Below are positions 46,848 to 56,482 of a DNA stretch of 64,000 bases, piece by piece (within the stretch, counting starts at the first letter, position 1; the number at the start of each line of letters is the position of its first letter). Made by a program: the position numbers and the translations under genes. The DNA is from Candidatus Berkelbacteria bacterium (GTDB lineage: Bacteria; Patescibacteriota; UBA1384; XYA2-FULL-43-10; 1-14-0-10-43-13). Under the pieces are notes generated by a model, which saw nothing but the letters and a program-made list of their open reading frames with translations, searched no databases and was not told the origin of the DNA. The stretch is taken from assembly GCA_037143235.1 (NCBI GenBank), contig JBAWZC010000003.1, positions 25,192 to 89,191 of the forward strand, written 5' to 3'.

Positions 46848-49135
46848 ACAGCGAATTTCTAAAAAAATATTCACTCCTTTTTTTCTCCTTACTCGCCTTC
46901 TCGGTGCTAGTAAGTTTGATATTTTATAATTACGCTTCTGCTGGAGCAATTGCTCTGACGCTTGAATCAAATGCCGGAGTAATGAAGAGCTGGAAACTCA
47001 TCATAGGTATTGCCAACAGTTTCGTCATCTTGATTTTAATCGTAGTTGCTTTTGCTGAAATACTACACATCCAAATAGACACATATGCCGTTAAAAAGAT
47101 TTTACCATCGATCATTATGGCTGTTGTTGCAGCTAACTTCAGTTTTCTCTTGTGTCGAATCGCCGTCGATTTAAGCACGGTAGCTATTGTAAGGTTTTCT
47201 GTGATAAATGATAGTTTGGGAAATAACCTCACCGATTCTACTTGGATACCTTGGGACATGGACAACGTTGGGCAGAGTCTATTTAACGCTATCATCACAC
47301 CAGTATTTACTTTGGTATTGCTGATCGCATATGCAGTTCTAGCCTTTTTGTTCTTCATCAGGAGCTATGTAATATACTTTTTGGTTATCGTCTCTCCAAT
47401 AGCCATCATGGCCATGGTGTTACCAGTCACCAAAAAATTCTTCGATCAGTGGCTCGGACAATTTCTTCGCTGGGCATTCCTACCAGTTCCATCGATGGCG
47501 CTCTTGGGACTGATGGGAATATTCCTAACACAAATACCTAACGGTCTTTTAAGAATAGCCTACTCTTCTGTCTGTCTTTATGGTGCGATCATATTGCCTT
47601 TTCAGCTCGGCGGGCCGATCATGCAAAAATGGAGTACATTGCCTGGCCATGCCTTTAAGCAACTTGGTGGAGTTGGGGCGAGGATATCAAATTATGGGCA
47701 AAGAAGAAGAAAAATGTACGGAGACAATGACAGACTGGGCAACGCAATGAACAGTATTGGTGGTTTTATCAACGCCCCATACATGGTCAAGACACTGCAA
47801 GACAAACACAAGGCATATGTGACTGATCTCGGTAAGGCCGAAAGCAAGACTTGGGTAAAAGGCGCTCTTGGCGGAATGAGTGGGCAACTTGAGTCCATGG
47901 GTCTTCGTCATGCTGATGATCTGGCCAATAGCACTGCCATGACGGATGCCCAACAGATTATGGCTGTAGAAAATACTATTCGTGGTGCAATCAATGCTAC
48001 CCCTGCGCTTCGAACCAGGCAACAACAGAGGATGGTCGAGGGCATCGACACAAAACTTGGAGGTGCTGGAAATTATGATAACCCACTCGTTAGTGATGCT
48101 CGAAAGAACGATGCCCTTCGTAGGTACTTAGCTTCTGAATCCCAAGGCAGTCTAGCTACAAAGCATCTTGGGTTAGCAGGACTTACCAATGCCAGTGACA
48201 TAGTGTTGGCACAGGGATGGGCTAAAAATGCAATTGTAGATATACGTGGGAACAGGACCAGGGCCGACTTCGAAAGAGTATACAGAGGTGGGCCACCGCC
48301 GACGCCACCGGGGGGGCCACCGCCTCCCGGACACTTGCCAACGGGAGCAGTTGGCCAGACAACAGCCAACAGTGCTGCTGAGGGAGAAGGAGGTACTGGC
48401 AATATGCGCCCAGTGCCGGTTGTGATTATGGAAAATCGTGACCAGACGATAAGAGATGGAATGTCGCATATTGCCAAATACGACGCCATAACCAAAGAAA
48501 TATTGGCAGGAGTACAGAACGGTACGGTTCCCCCGACAAACCTGACGGGATTAATGGACGGAACGATGTCAGACGACAAGAAAGCCAGAGCTGTCGAGTC
48601 AATGGTACCAAGTCTTCAAGGCCAAGATCCAGTAAAGATTGCTGAAGCGTTGGCACTTCTAAATAGATCTTCGTCTGCAAGAAGTGGCAACGGAGATTAT
48701 AATACTGTGATGAACGAGATCAAAAATGCATTAAACAATCATGCTAATAATTCTGCTTTGGGCAGCACTGTACTCGACCACATGGGCAACAATAGCAACA
48801 ACACCATCGGTAGTTATATAGGCAACGAGCAAGCGATGAAAGAACTGGCCGGATCTGTCGCTGATATGCATATGGCAATCAACAACCTTGGAGAAAGACC
48901 AGCGATCGATCACACTGAACTTGCAAAAGTATTGAAAGAATCAATGATTGGACTGGTTGGCAAAAATGGTGGTGGCAATGGTGCCAATACCTCTATGTCG
49001 TCACTTCTGGGTGGTACTGACGAACAAGCGAAAAGACGATTTGCAGAGACAATGGGTAAGGCTGTGGCAACAAGCATGGCCAAGCAAGGAGCGAATATGA
49101 GAACACCGGCGCCGGAACCGCAGAACGGGGTTTAA
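46844..49135 (+). CDS. VirB6/TrbL-like membrane protein with long cytoplasmic tail
   Basis: WKLIIGIAN, KKILPSIIMAVVAANFSFLLCRIAVD, RSYVIYFLVIVSPIAIMAMVLP.TKKFFDQW; locus context. Confidence 0.72.
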   Translation: MNSEFLKKYSLLFFSLLAFSVLVSLIFYNYASAGAIALTLESNAGVMKSWKLIIGIANSFVILILIVVAFAEILHIQIDTYAVKKILPSIIMAVVAANFSFLLCRIAVDLSTVAIVRFSVINDSLGNNLTDSTWIPWDMDNVGQSLFNAIITPVFTLVLLIAYAVLAFLFFIRSYVIYFLVIVSPIAIMAMVLPVTKKFFDQWLGQFLRWAFLPVPSMALLGLMGIFLTQIPNGLLRIAYSSVCLYGAIILPFQLGGPIMQKWSTLPGHAFKQLGGVGARISNYGQRRRKMYGDNDRLGNAMNSIGGFINAPYMVKTLQDKHKAYVTDLGKAESKTWVKGALGGMSGQLESMGLRHADDLANSTAMTDAQQIMAVENTIRGAINATPALRTRQQQRMVEGIDTKLGGAGNYDNPLVSDARKNDALRRYLASESQGSLATKHLGLAGLTNASDIVLAQGWAKNAIVDIRGNRTRADFERVYRGGPPPTPPGGPPPPGHLPTGAVGQTTANSAAEGEGGTGNMRPVPVVIMENRDQTIRDGMSHIAKYDAITKEILAGVQNGTVPPTNLTGLMDGTMSDDKKARAVESMVPSLQGQDPVKIAEALALLNRSSSARSGNGDYNTVMNEIKNALNNHANNSALGSTVLDHMGNNSNNTIGSYIGNEQAMKELAGSVADMHMAINNLGERPAIDHTELAKVLKESMIGLVGKNGGGNGANTSMSSLLGGTDEQAKRRFAETMGKAVATSMAKQGANMRTPAPEPQNGV

Positions 49136-49180
49136 TCAAGCAAGCTGGTAAGCTATTAAATATTTAAGCCGGTAAACAAA

Positions 49181-49320
49181 AACTTCTCGACTCGTCAGAC
49201 TCGCCCCAAAGGGGACATTTCAAGTCTCGAAGAATAAATTGTTATGGTTCGAGCCCTGCGTGTCAGTAGACAGGTTGTCGAGAACAGCACGTTGAAGCGT
49301 GGCTACAAGAATGACAAACA
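49181..49320. repeat. Composite palindromic repeat block
   Basis: acttctcgac..tcgaagaata, atggttcgag, cacgttgaagcgtggctac, gaatgaca modules. Confidence 0.7.
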
Positions 49321-49336
49321 TTATTGAAGAGAAATT

Positions 49337-51139
49337 ATGAGCGAAAACAAACCACAACCTGATGAAACACCACTCGGCCCAGTCCCAGTCAAATCTCTTT
49401 TAGATAGATTAAGAGAAGAGACAGAAGGAGGAAGTCAGGAAACAGAAGACAGGAGTCAGGAGACAGTCGAGACTATTCCACCAGTCCCCCCTGCTGTTGT
49501 CGAGGAAAAGAATCAATCCCGAGAACGCAAAAGAGCATTTTGCGACAAACAATCGTTTGTCGACTTTGCGAAATATTGTATCGATGGCGGTACCGAAGAC
49601 TTGATCATTCTGGCCGAAAAAGATTTGGCTGAAAAAAGAAAAAATCAGACAGAGGCAGATAACACAGAAGAAAATGAGGCAATGAAAGAGGGCGTGGAGG
49701 CGATCAACAGATTTATTTTTTCCCCAGAGTGGAAGACCGTCTGGCAAAAATTTGACGCCCTAAAGGCGAACCCCGAATATGCAAATATTGACCAAAGAAA
49801 AAAAGATATTCAGCAAGCGATTCTGATGCCAGTGATCAACGGGCACTTGACCGCACAGGACGCCGCAAATTTGGTCTCTGGTGTTGATATCTTGCCTGAA
49901 AATAATACTGGCGACTCGACCCAAAGCCATGGTTACGATGGCATTCTTTTCTATTCCCCTAGCAGCCGCAAGATATTGATCGCCGAACGAGCGCTCAAAG
50001 ACAAATATACCGAAAATCGAAACGGCACAGAAGTTGAGATAAAGTTGAACTTTGGTCATATGATCTCGCACGAGATGGGTCATGGTCTGACGGCTGAGGC
50101 GGGAGCCACACCACGAACAAGCGCCGAACTGGCGAAGCAAATAACTGATAAAGAGCCGAATTTTACTTCCAAGATGCTTTCCGAAGCTCGAAAGATGATC
50201 GACAATGCGGCGATATACAAAGACGCACAGCCGATGCATGTCAAAACTGTATTGGAAGGACTTTCAAACATCGGCGAGCAATATGACAAGATGACTGATC
50301 CTGAGAAACAAAAAGTTGGCACACTGGAGAATTATACGAACATACGCAAAATTATGGCGGCAGACGAGATTATCACCGACTACACCGCCGTCTTTTTGCA
50401 AACCGATGGCAGTTTTGCCGACTTCGCTGAGAAATGTATCTTGGTGGCCGACAAAGATGGTCTGTCGAGGTATTTGGCTGGGCCGATCGCAGGAGAAAAT
50501 ATTGACGCAACAGCTTTTGCCCTTGGCAAGTTGCGACAGATCAATGGTGAGCTAACCGCAGCTGAGAAGAAAGAACAAGCGACAGACGATGAAAACTTTG
50601 CTCGCGAAAACCCAGAAAATGCTGGATATCTGCTTCGCGAAACCAGAGAAGATGTTTTGAAAAAATATCCAGAGATCAGCCGATTGCTTGAATCCTATCA
50701 AGCTTTTTATGGAGATATAGTGGACATGAAGGGCAAAACTAGGGGCAAGATCACGATGGGCCAAGGGACCGAAGACGACGATATGATCTCCGAAGGCTAC
50801 GGCGGCGGTTTTGATGGTGGCAGAAGTATGGGCGGTAGTGGCAATGATGGCATCGCCATGGCGAACGATCTCCTCGGTATCGCACATCACCTTCTGTCTG
50901 GCGTTGGCGTGGTAACTGGTAGCGAGATGCAAATCAGGGGCGGACAGACCGCGGGTGCAGGAGCGCCAATTATTCCAAGCGAACAAAGATCAATTCCGAG
51001 TGTCGAAGGAACTATGACGGCAGAGCAAATTGAGGCAGCCAAAAAGGAGAAAGAAGAAAAAGAACGATTGGCGAAAGAAAAAGAAGAGACAGAAAAAGCC
51101 GCAGCTACGAGTCCGGAAAGTAACAAGCCGGCAGGATAG
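49337..51139 (+). CDS. Hypothetical acidic protein with HEXXH zinc-metallopeptidase motif
   Basis: HMISHEMGHG, downstream DEIITDY; no signal peptide. Confidence 0.7.
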   Translation: MSENKPQPDETPLGPVPVKSLLDRLREETEGGSQETEDRSQETVETIPPVPPAVVEEKNQSRERKRAFCDKQSFVDFAKYCIDGGTEDLIILAEKDLAEKRKNQTEADNTEENEAMKEGVEAINRFIFSPEWKTVWQKFDALKANPEYANIDQRKKDIQQAILMPVINGHLTAQDAANLVSGVDILPENNTGDSTQSHGYDGILFYSPSSRKILIAERALKDKYTENRNGTEVEIKLNFGHMISHEMGHGLTAEAGATPRTSAELAKQITDKEPNFTSKMLSEARKMIDNAAIYKDAQPMHVKTVLEGLSNIGEQYDKMTDPEKQKVGTLENYTNIRKIMAADEIITDYTAVFLQTDGSFADFAEKCILVADKDGLSRYLAGPIAGENIDATAFALGKLRQINGELTAAEKKEQATDDENFARENPENAGYLLRETREDVLKKYPEISRLLESYQAFYGDIVDMKGKTRGKITMGQGTEDDDMISEGYGGGFDGGRSMGGSGNDGIAMANDLLGIAHHLLSGVGVVTGSEMQIRGGQTAGAGAPIIPSEQRSIPSVEGTMTAEQIEAAKKEKEEKERLAKEKEETEKAAATSPESNKPAG

Positions 51140-51194
51140 AAAGATGAACAGTTTTTAAGTGTTTAAGCCAGACAGTGAAAACAGGTCACTTTGC

Positions 51195-51453
51195 TAAGGC
51201 TGTTCTCCACGAGGTCGAACCATAACTAGTACCACGGCATTCTTATTGTTATTCTTCGAGCGAGCCTTGCGAGTCGAGAAGTAATGATAGATTGCCGCGC
51301 CTGCCTGCCGGTAGGTAGGTCGAAGACTTCTCGCAATGACAAACAGTTCTGTCCTTCCTGCGCAGGCAGGAATCTAGATATAATAGCAACTTCAGAATAT
51401 GCTCTCCTAGGCGCTCACGCGACGACGGGATTCCTGCCTACGCAGGAATGACA
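51195..51453. repeat. Composite repeat block plus GTC.TTCCTGCGCAGGCAGGAATC element (51350-51453)
   Basis: Matches modules at 35492-35594 and 36778-36930. Confidence 0.85.
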
Positions 51454-51689
51454 CAGGGATAGGTGGAAAAGTATAACAATGTTTAAGTGTTTAAGCCGAA
51501 TAATTTACTAGTTGATAGTTTTATAATTTTTGCTGTTGCAATTAAAATTGTGTTACAATAACAGGTAGTTAATGTGCACAGTTTTATAGTATAGAATGCG
51601 CCAAAAAGTTTCGTCCCACTTCGCCTAGAAGCTTCGCGGGACCAAAACAATTACTTTAGATTTCGTTAGTGTAGTTTTGGGAGGGGTTC

Positions 51690-52088
51690 TTGAGATACAA
51701 AGTTCCACAAAATATCGACATGCAAGACAGGGTCATCGGTCCCCTTACCATGACTCAATTTGTGTATGTCATCATCGGCACTGGTTTGTCATACAGTGTT
51801 TGGACAGCTCTGCCCTCGCCGATCGGTCTTGGGATTGCTATTCCTTTGCTTTTACTCACCTTTTGCATCGGCTTTATCAAAATAAACGAGCGACCTTTTT
51901 GGGTATTTCTAGCTTCAATCTTGGGCTATATGAGCACCCCACGACAGAGAGTTTGGCAACACGATGCCAACGGCTCAATGAGAGTGGAGATCTATACTCC
52001 GATAAAATCACAAGTTACCGCAGCTCCAACCAAAAATATCAGTCACGAAGAAATCAGTCGCATCGCCCAGATGAATGACAGACGATAA
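51690..52088 (+). CDS. prgI: PrgI family (VirB3-like) protein
   Basis: YKVPQNIDMQDRVIGPLTMTQF, 2 TMs, INERPF, PRQRVW; TTG start after GGAGG. Confidence 0.88.
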   Translation: MRYKVPQNIDMQDRVIGPLTMTQFVYVIIGTGLSYSVWTALPSPIGLGIAIPLLLLTFCIGFIKINERPFWVFLASILGYMSTPRQRVWQHDANGSMRVEIYTPIKSQVTAAPTKNISHEEISRIAQMNDRR

Positions 52089-52089
52089 T

Positions 52090-52216
52090 AAAATTAGTTT
52101 AATTAGTTACATTAGCCATTCGTATTAATTGAGAATCGCAAGAAAATTAGCTTAATTCGCCCAATTGGTCATTTGTATTGAATCATTCGTATTGAAACAT
52201 TAGTTATTCGTATCGC
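52090..52216. repeat. Degenerate periodic ATTAG/ATTCG tract
   Basis: aattagttt aattagtt acattagcc attcgta...attcgta...attagtt attcgta. Confidence 0.55.
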
Positions 52217-52217
52217 C

Positions 52218-53162
52218 ATGAACAATCCTTCAACCCAACAACAGATTGAGATCGCCGGTATCAAAAACGGTGTCGTGATTATGAAAGACTTGAGCTACCG
52301 CATCGTTTTGGAGGTGGCTTCGATCAATTTCAACTTGAAAAGCGAGATGGAACAAAACTCGATCGTTTTTCAGTATCAAGGTTTCTTGAACGCTCTCCAT
52401 TTCCCGATCGAGATTGTCGTTCGCTCCAAAAGACTCGATCTCACTCCATATCTAAATCATTTGAAAGATATTGGCGAAAAACAACAGAACGAACTTATTC
52501 GCTCTCAGACTCTTGATTATGTGAATTTTGTCGGCCAGCTGATCGATATCGCCAATATTATGAAAAAAAGTTTCTATATTGTCGTTCCCTACTCGCCGAT
52601 GAATTTACCGAACGCTAATCTTTTTGACAAAATCTTTGGTACGGGCAAAAATCCACAGACAAACTTGCGCATCACTGACAAGGACTTCAAGGCTAATGTG
52701 ACCAAATTGACCGAGAGAGCAAACATCGTTGCCTCGGGCATCGGCTCGATCGGATTGCGCTGCACTCAGTTAAATACCGAGGCATTGATCGAACTTTTTT
52801 ACGGTGTTTACAATCCAGCCGAGTCCGGCAGGGAGCGACTAACTGATTTTTCAACTGTTTCTTCGCCGGTGATTAGCAACGGTTCAGCAACACCAGATAT
52901 GTCAAATCGAGCGGCGATGACGGAGATCGGCATGATCGACAATGTGGCTCAGGTCAAGGAGCAACAAAAGCTTGATGCTAGCGCCAAACAAGCGAAGGAA
53001 CAAAAAACTGAAGAAAAAGTCCAAGGATACGAACAGTTCAAGACTCCAGAGTTTTTGGATCTAGAAACACAAACTCAGGCAGGAGAGATCACGCCACAAG
53101 TCCCAGATAAGACATCAGCGACTCCTCCAGCAACAACAGATAACAATAATCAGGCGGTATAA
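52218..53162 (+). CDS. VirB4/TraC N-terminal-like accessory protein of T4SS-like locus
   Basis: STQQQIEIAGIKNGVVIMKD, SINFNLKSEMEQ, FLNALHFPIEI, LIELFYGVYNP. Confidence 0.8.
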   Translation: MNNPSTQQQIEIAGIKNGVVIMKDLSYRIVLEVASINFNLKSEMEQNSIVFQYQGFLNALHFPIEIVVRSKRLDLTPYLNHLKDIGEKQQNELIRSQTLDYVNFVGQLIDIANIMKKSFYIVVPYSPMNLPNANLFDKIFGTGKNPQTNLRITDKDFKANVTKLTERANIVASGIGSIGLRCTQLNTEALIELFYGVYNPAESGRERLTDFSTVSSPVISNGSATPDMSNRAAMTEIGMIDNVAQVKEQQKLDASAKQAKEQKTEEKVQGYEQFKTPEFLDLETQTQAGEITPQVPDKTSATPPATTDNNNQAV

Positions 53163-55022
53163 ATGGCAGACACAAATAACAACCAAAATCAGCCAGTTCC
53201 AACTCCAGCACCAGTCCCATCACCACGAGAGATGGCACAGGCAAATATTGCCCAGCGTGAAGCTGGTCGACCAGTGGTTGCAATTCCGACTGCACAAACA
53301 GACCAGTACAAAAAAGGTGTGACATCAGTCCCTGACATTATCGCCCCCGCCTCTTTTGTAGTCGAACAAAACTATATTCAGCTTGGCAATAAATTTGTCA
53401 AAACACTTTTTGTTTTCACTTATCCGCGATATTTGGAAACGAACTGGCTCTCCCCGATCATCAACTATGATCTTTCGATGGACATCGGGATGTATATTCA
53501 TCCGCTGGAGACCAAAGATGTCATGACCGACCTGAAAAACCAGCTCGGCAAGCTCGAGTCTACTTCGAGGATTGAACAGGAAAAAGGCACGCCGAGAGAT
53601 CCTGAGATTGAGACTGCTTTGGGTGATATTGAAGCGCTCCGAGATGTCTTGCAGCGCGGCGAGGTTCGCCTATTTCAATTTGGTCTGTACTTTACCATCT
53701 ACGCCAACTCGATCGAGGAATTGAAAACGATTACTGATCAGCTAGAGTCTACTCTCGGGGGCATCCTTGTTTACACCAAAGAAGCACTTTTCCAGATGGA
53801 ACAGGGTTTTACCGCGACTTTACCTCTCTTTTCAGACAAACTTGGCATCTTGCGCAACCTTGATACTGGTTCACTCTCTTCGACATTCCCCTTCGTCTCC
53901 TCTGATCTGACGCAGGAAGATGGCGTGCTGTACGGTATCAACAAGCACAACAATTCGTTGATCATTTTCGACCGCTTTAGCCTAGAAAATGCGAACTCTA
54001 TCGTCTTTGCAAAGTCTGGCTCGGGTAAAAGTTATTTTGTGAAACTTGAGGCTCTGCGCTACCTGATGATGGGTATCGATGTCATTGTGATCGACCCAGA
54101 AAATGAGTACAAACCGCTCTGTGAAGCTTTCAACGGCAGCTATCTCGAGATTTCGCTCAACTCTGACAAACGAATTAACCCTTTTGACCTGCCGATCAAT
54201 ACGGACGAGTCTGGTGAAGATGTCTTGCGTTCAAATATTGCCTCACTTCACGGCCTGATCAATGTGATGGCTGGCGGGTTGACTCCAGAGGAAGATGCTT
54301 TGGTCGACAAGGCTCTTTACGAGACCTACGCACTCAAGGATATTACGACAGACCCAGAAAGTCAGCGAAACGAAGTGCCACTGATGCAAGATTTTTACAA
54401 TATATTATCTGGTATGCAAGGTTCAGATTCACTTCGCGCTAGACTATCAAAATTTGTCGAGGGAACTTTTGCCAATCTGTACAATCAACGCACCAATTTT
54501 GATCTCAAGCCTGGTTTTGTTGTCTTTTCGGTTCGTGATCTCGATGAACAACTAAGGCCAATCGCCATCTATACTATTCTCGACTACATCTGGACCAAGA
54601 TCAGGATGAATCTCCGCAAAAGACTGATGATTGTTGATGAGGCTTGGTGGATGATGCAATACGATGACTCAGCGAAGTTTTTGCAGGGTTTGGCCAAAAG
54701 AGCACGAAAATATTATCTTGGTCTCACAATCATCTCACAGGATATTGAGGACTTTCTGTCGAGTCGTTACGGCAAGGCCGTGGTAGCCAACTCGTCGATG
54801 CAAATATTGATGAAACAGTCGACCGCTTCGATCAAGGCCGTGACTGATGTTTTTAATCTAACCGAAGGCGAACAATACATCCTACTCGAGTCAGAAGTTG
54901 GCGAAGGACTCTTTTTTGCTGGGCAAAACCATGTCGCCTTCAAGGCGATCGCCTCCTTTGTCGAAGACCAAATCATTAACACTGATCCGCGTCGTCTAAG
55001 CCAAAACAATGATGAACTTTAA
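53163..55022 (+). CDS. virB4: VirB4-like secretion ATPase
   Basis: Walker A AKSGSGKS, IDPENEY, INPFD, Walker B IVDEAW, RARKY, ISQD. Confidence 0.88.
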   Translation: MADTNNNQNQPVPTPAPVPSPREMAQANIAQREAGRPVVAIPTAQTDQYKKGVTSVPDIIAPASFVVEQNYIQLGNKFVKTLFVFTYPRYLETNWLSPIINYDLSMDIGMYIHPLETKDVMTDLKNQLGKLESTSRIEQEKGTPRDPEIETALGDIEALRDVLQRGEVRLFQFGLYFTIYANSIEELKTITDQLESTLGGILVYTKEALFQMEQGFTATLPLFSDKLGILRNLDTGSLSSTFPFVSSDLTQEDGVLYGINKHNNSLIIFDRFSLENANSIVFAKSGSGKSYFVKLEALRYLMMGIDVIVIDPENEYKPLCEAFNGSYLEISLNSDKRINPFDLPINTDESGEDVLRSNIASLHGLINVMAGGLTPEEDALVDKALYETYALKDITTDPESQRNEVPLMQDFYNILSGMQGSDSLRARLSKFVEGTFANLYNQRTNFDLKPGFVVFSVRDLDEQLRPIAIYTILDYIWTKIRMNLRKRLMIVDEAWWMMQYDDSAKFLQGLAKRARKYYLGLTIISQDIEDFLSSRYGKAVVANSSMQILMKQSTASIKAVTDVFNLTEGEQYILLESEVGEGLFFAGQNHVAFKAIASFVEDQIINTDPRRLSQNNDEL

Positions 55023-56289
55023 GAGGAAATTAAAGGGAAATATTGCTTGGACTCTCGCTGCTGCTGTCGGACTGCTGATGATCTCAACCTTCGCTCTGGC
55101 GATTTCTTTTTCACCACTCGCCCTCTTTAAGGGTGGAGATCCAGTGAAAGGAACAAGTGGTTACGCTGGCGGCGTTGGAGGAGGATGCTCTGTGCCTGAC
55201 AAAATACTTTCGGACACCATTACTTACAATACGGCTGATAAAATAATCGCAAGCGTCGGCGGAAAATACACGGATATTCTAAGTGCCCCAGACAGAAAAG
55301 AAAAACTTAATATTGTAGTCACTGAAGCGCTAAATCATAATGTTAATCCAGCAATTCTAACTGCAATGTGGGTTGCTGAGGCTAGTGCGGCAGCCGAACA
55401 CGACGACGCAGCCTTTGGTTATGGGGTATACGGCGGAGTAAACCGATATCCAGGATTCAACAAACAAACGGCAGGTGGGGCCTCACTGATCAGAAAAGCT
55501 GTAGATAATGTGGCACCATATAATGAACCGTCTGGAGAAAATGCTTGGACCAGACTGTTCTACAACTATGTCGCTGCTGCAATGAAGGATTCTTATGATG
55601 AAAAAGGATATGTCTCAGATGCAGACGAAGCAAGATATGTGATTATAAAAAGATTTTACCCATCAGAAGCAACTTGTACAAAATCACCAATAATGATGCC
55701 GGGAAGCGTTGACGGCACAAAAGCAGAGGTTATCAAGAGAATCAATGCGACCGCTGGAGGGTCAGGAACTTGCAGTAGCGTAAACCTTGAGGCGAGAGCT
55801 GGTAGCTACAGCAGTGATCTAGATGAAATTACTGTCAGGATATGGAAGTACAATGGAGGGAGTGCTCCAATTGATAGTTCTATGGTGTTAACTGTCAATC
55901 CAAACTGTACCGAGGTTATCAAAGCGATTTTTACTGACATTTACAACGACCCAAGCCACCCTCAGATTGACCCTAGTCAGACAACCTGTGCCGCCAGCAG
56001 AGACAGACGCTCAAATCACGTTATCGGCGCTGCTTGCGATGTCAATGCTGACCAAAACTGGTGCGCGCCAAATTGCTACAACAAGACCAATAACAAAATT
56101 GGAGATTATTGGAAGCCAGGCGACGAAAGTCCCAATAAAGAATTTAAAGCTTGGAGCGAGGGATATGATCCTAGATCCATCGGCATAAACAGCCCTATCG
56201 CCAATGCTTTTAGAAAACATAACTGGGGCAGAGGTCTTTACAGGGACAACTTTGACGACATGATGCATTTTAGTTTTGATGGGCACTAA
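55009..56289 (+). CDS. Membrane-anchored peptidoglycan hydrolase: lysozyme-like domain plus M15 peptidase
   Basis: HNVNPAILTAMWVAE..FGYG..YPGFNKQ; SNHVIGAACDVN and DDMMHFS. Confidence 0.75.
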   Translation: MMNFKRKLKGNIAWTLAAAVGLLMISTFALAISFSPLALFKGGDPVKGTSGYAGGVGGGCSVPDKILSDTITYNTADKIIASVGGKYTDILSAPDRKEKLNIVVTEALNHNVNPAILTAMWVAEASAAAEHDDAAFGYGVYGGVNRYPGFNKQTAGGASLIRKAVDNVAPYNEPSGENAWTRLFYNYVAAAMKDSYDEKGYVSDADEARYVIIKRFYPSEATCTKSPIMMPGSVDGTKAEVIKRINATAGGSGTCSSVNLEARAGSYSSDLDEITVRIWKYNGGSAPIDSSMVLTVNPNCTEVIKAIFTDIYNDPSHPQIDPSQTTCAASRDRRSNHVIGAACDVNADQNWCAPNCYNKTNNKIGDYWKPGDESPNKEFKAWSEGYDPRSIGINSPIANAFRKHNWGRGLYRDNFDDMMHFSFDGH

Positions 56290-56482
56290 ACTCAGACAAT
56301 ATCCTCTGGGCAGTTGCCTACTAATTGAAGTATAATGAAGACAAGGGCAACAAATAAGCTGGTGAGCGTTTAAGCTAGTAACTCTCCATTTAAACCGTAG
56401 CTCAAGCTTTAGCTTGTGAAATACAACACGCTGAAGCGTGGTCTACAGGTGGGTGGGTAAGCAGAACAAATAATACAAAAAA

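Noticed and set aside
46800-46900. Frameshift splitting one VirB6-like gene into two ORFs
   Set aside because: Clean ATGA overlap, and the second ORF has its own hydrophobic N-terminus, consistent with translational coupling
51612-51643. Hairpin gtccc..gggac upstream of prgI as tRNA or riboswitch
   Set aside because: Too short and lacks tRNA or known riboswitch hallmarks; probably another small palindrome
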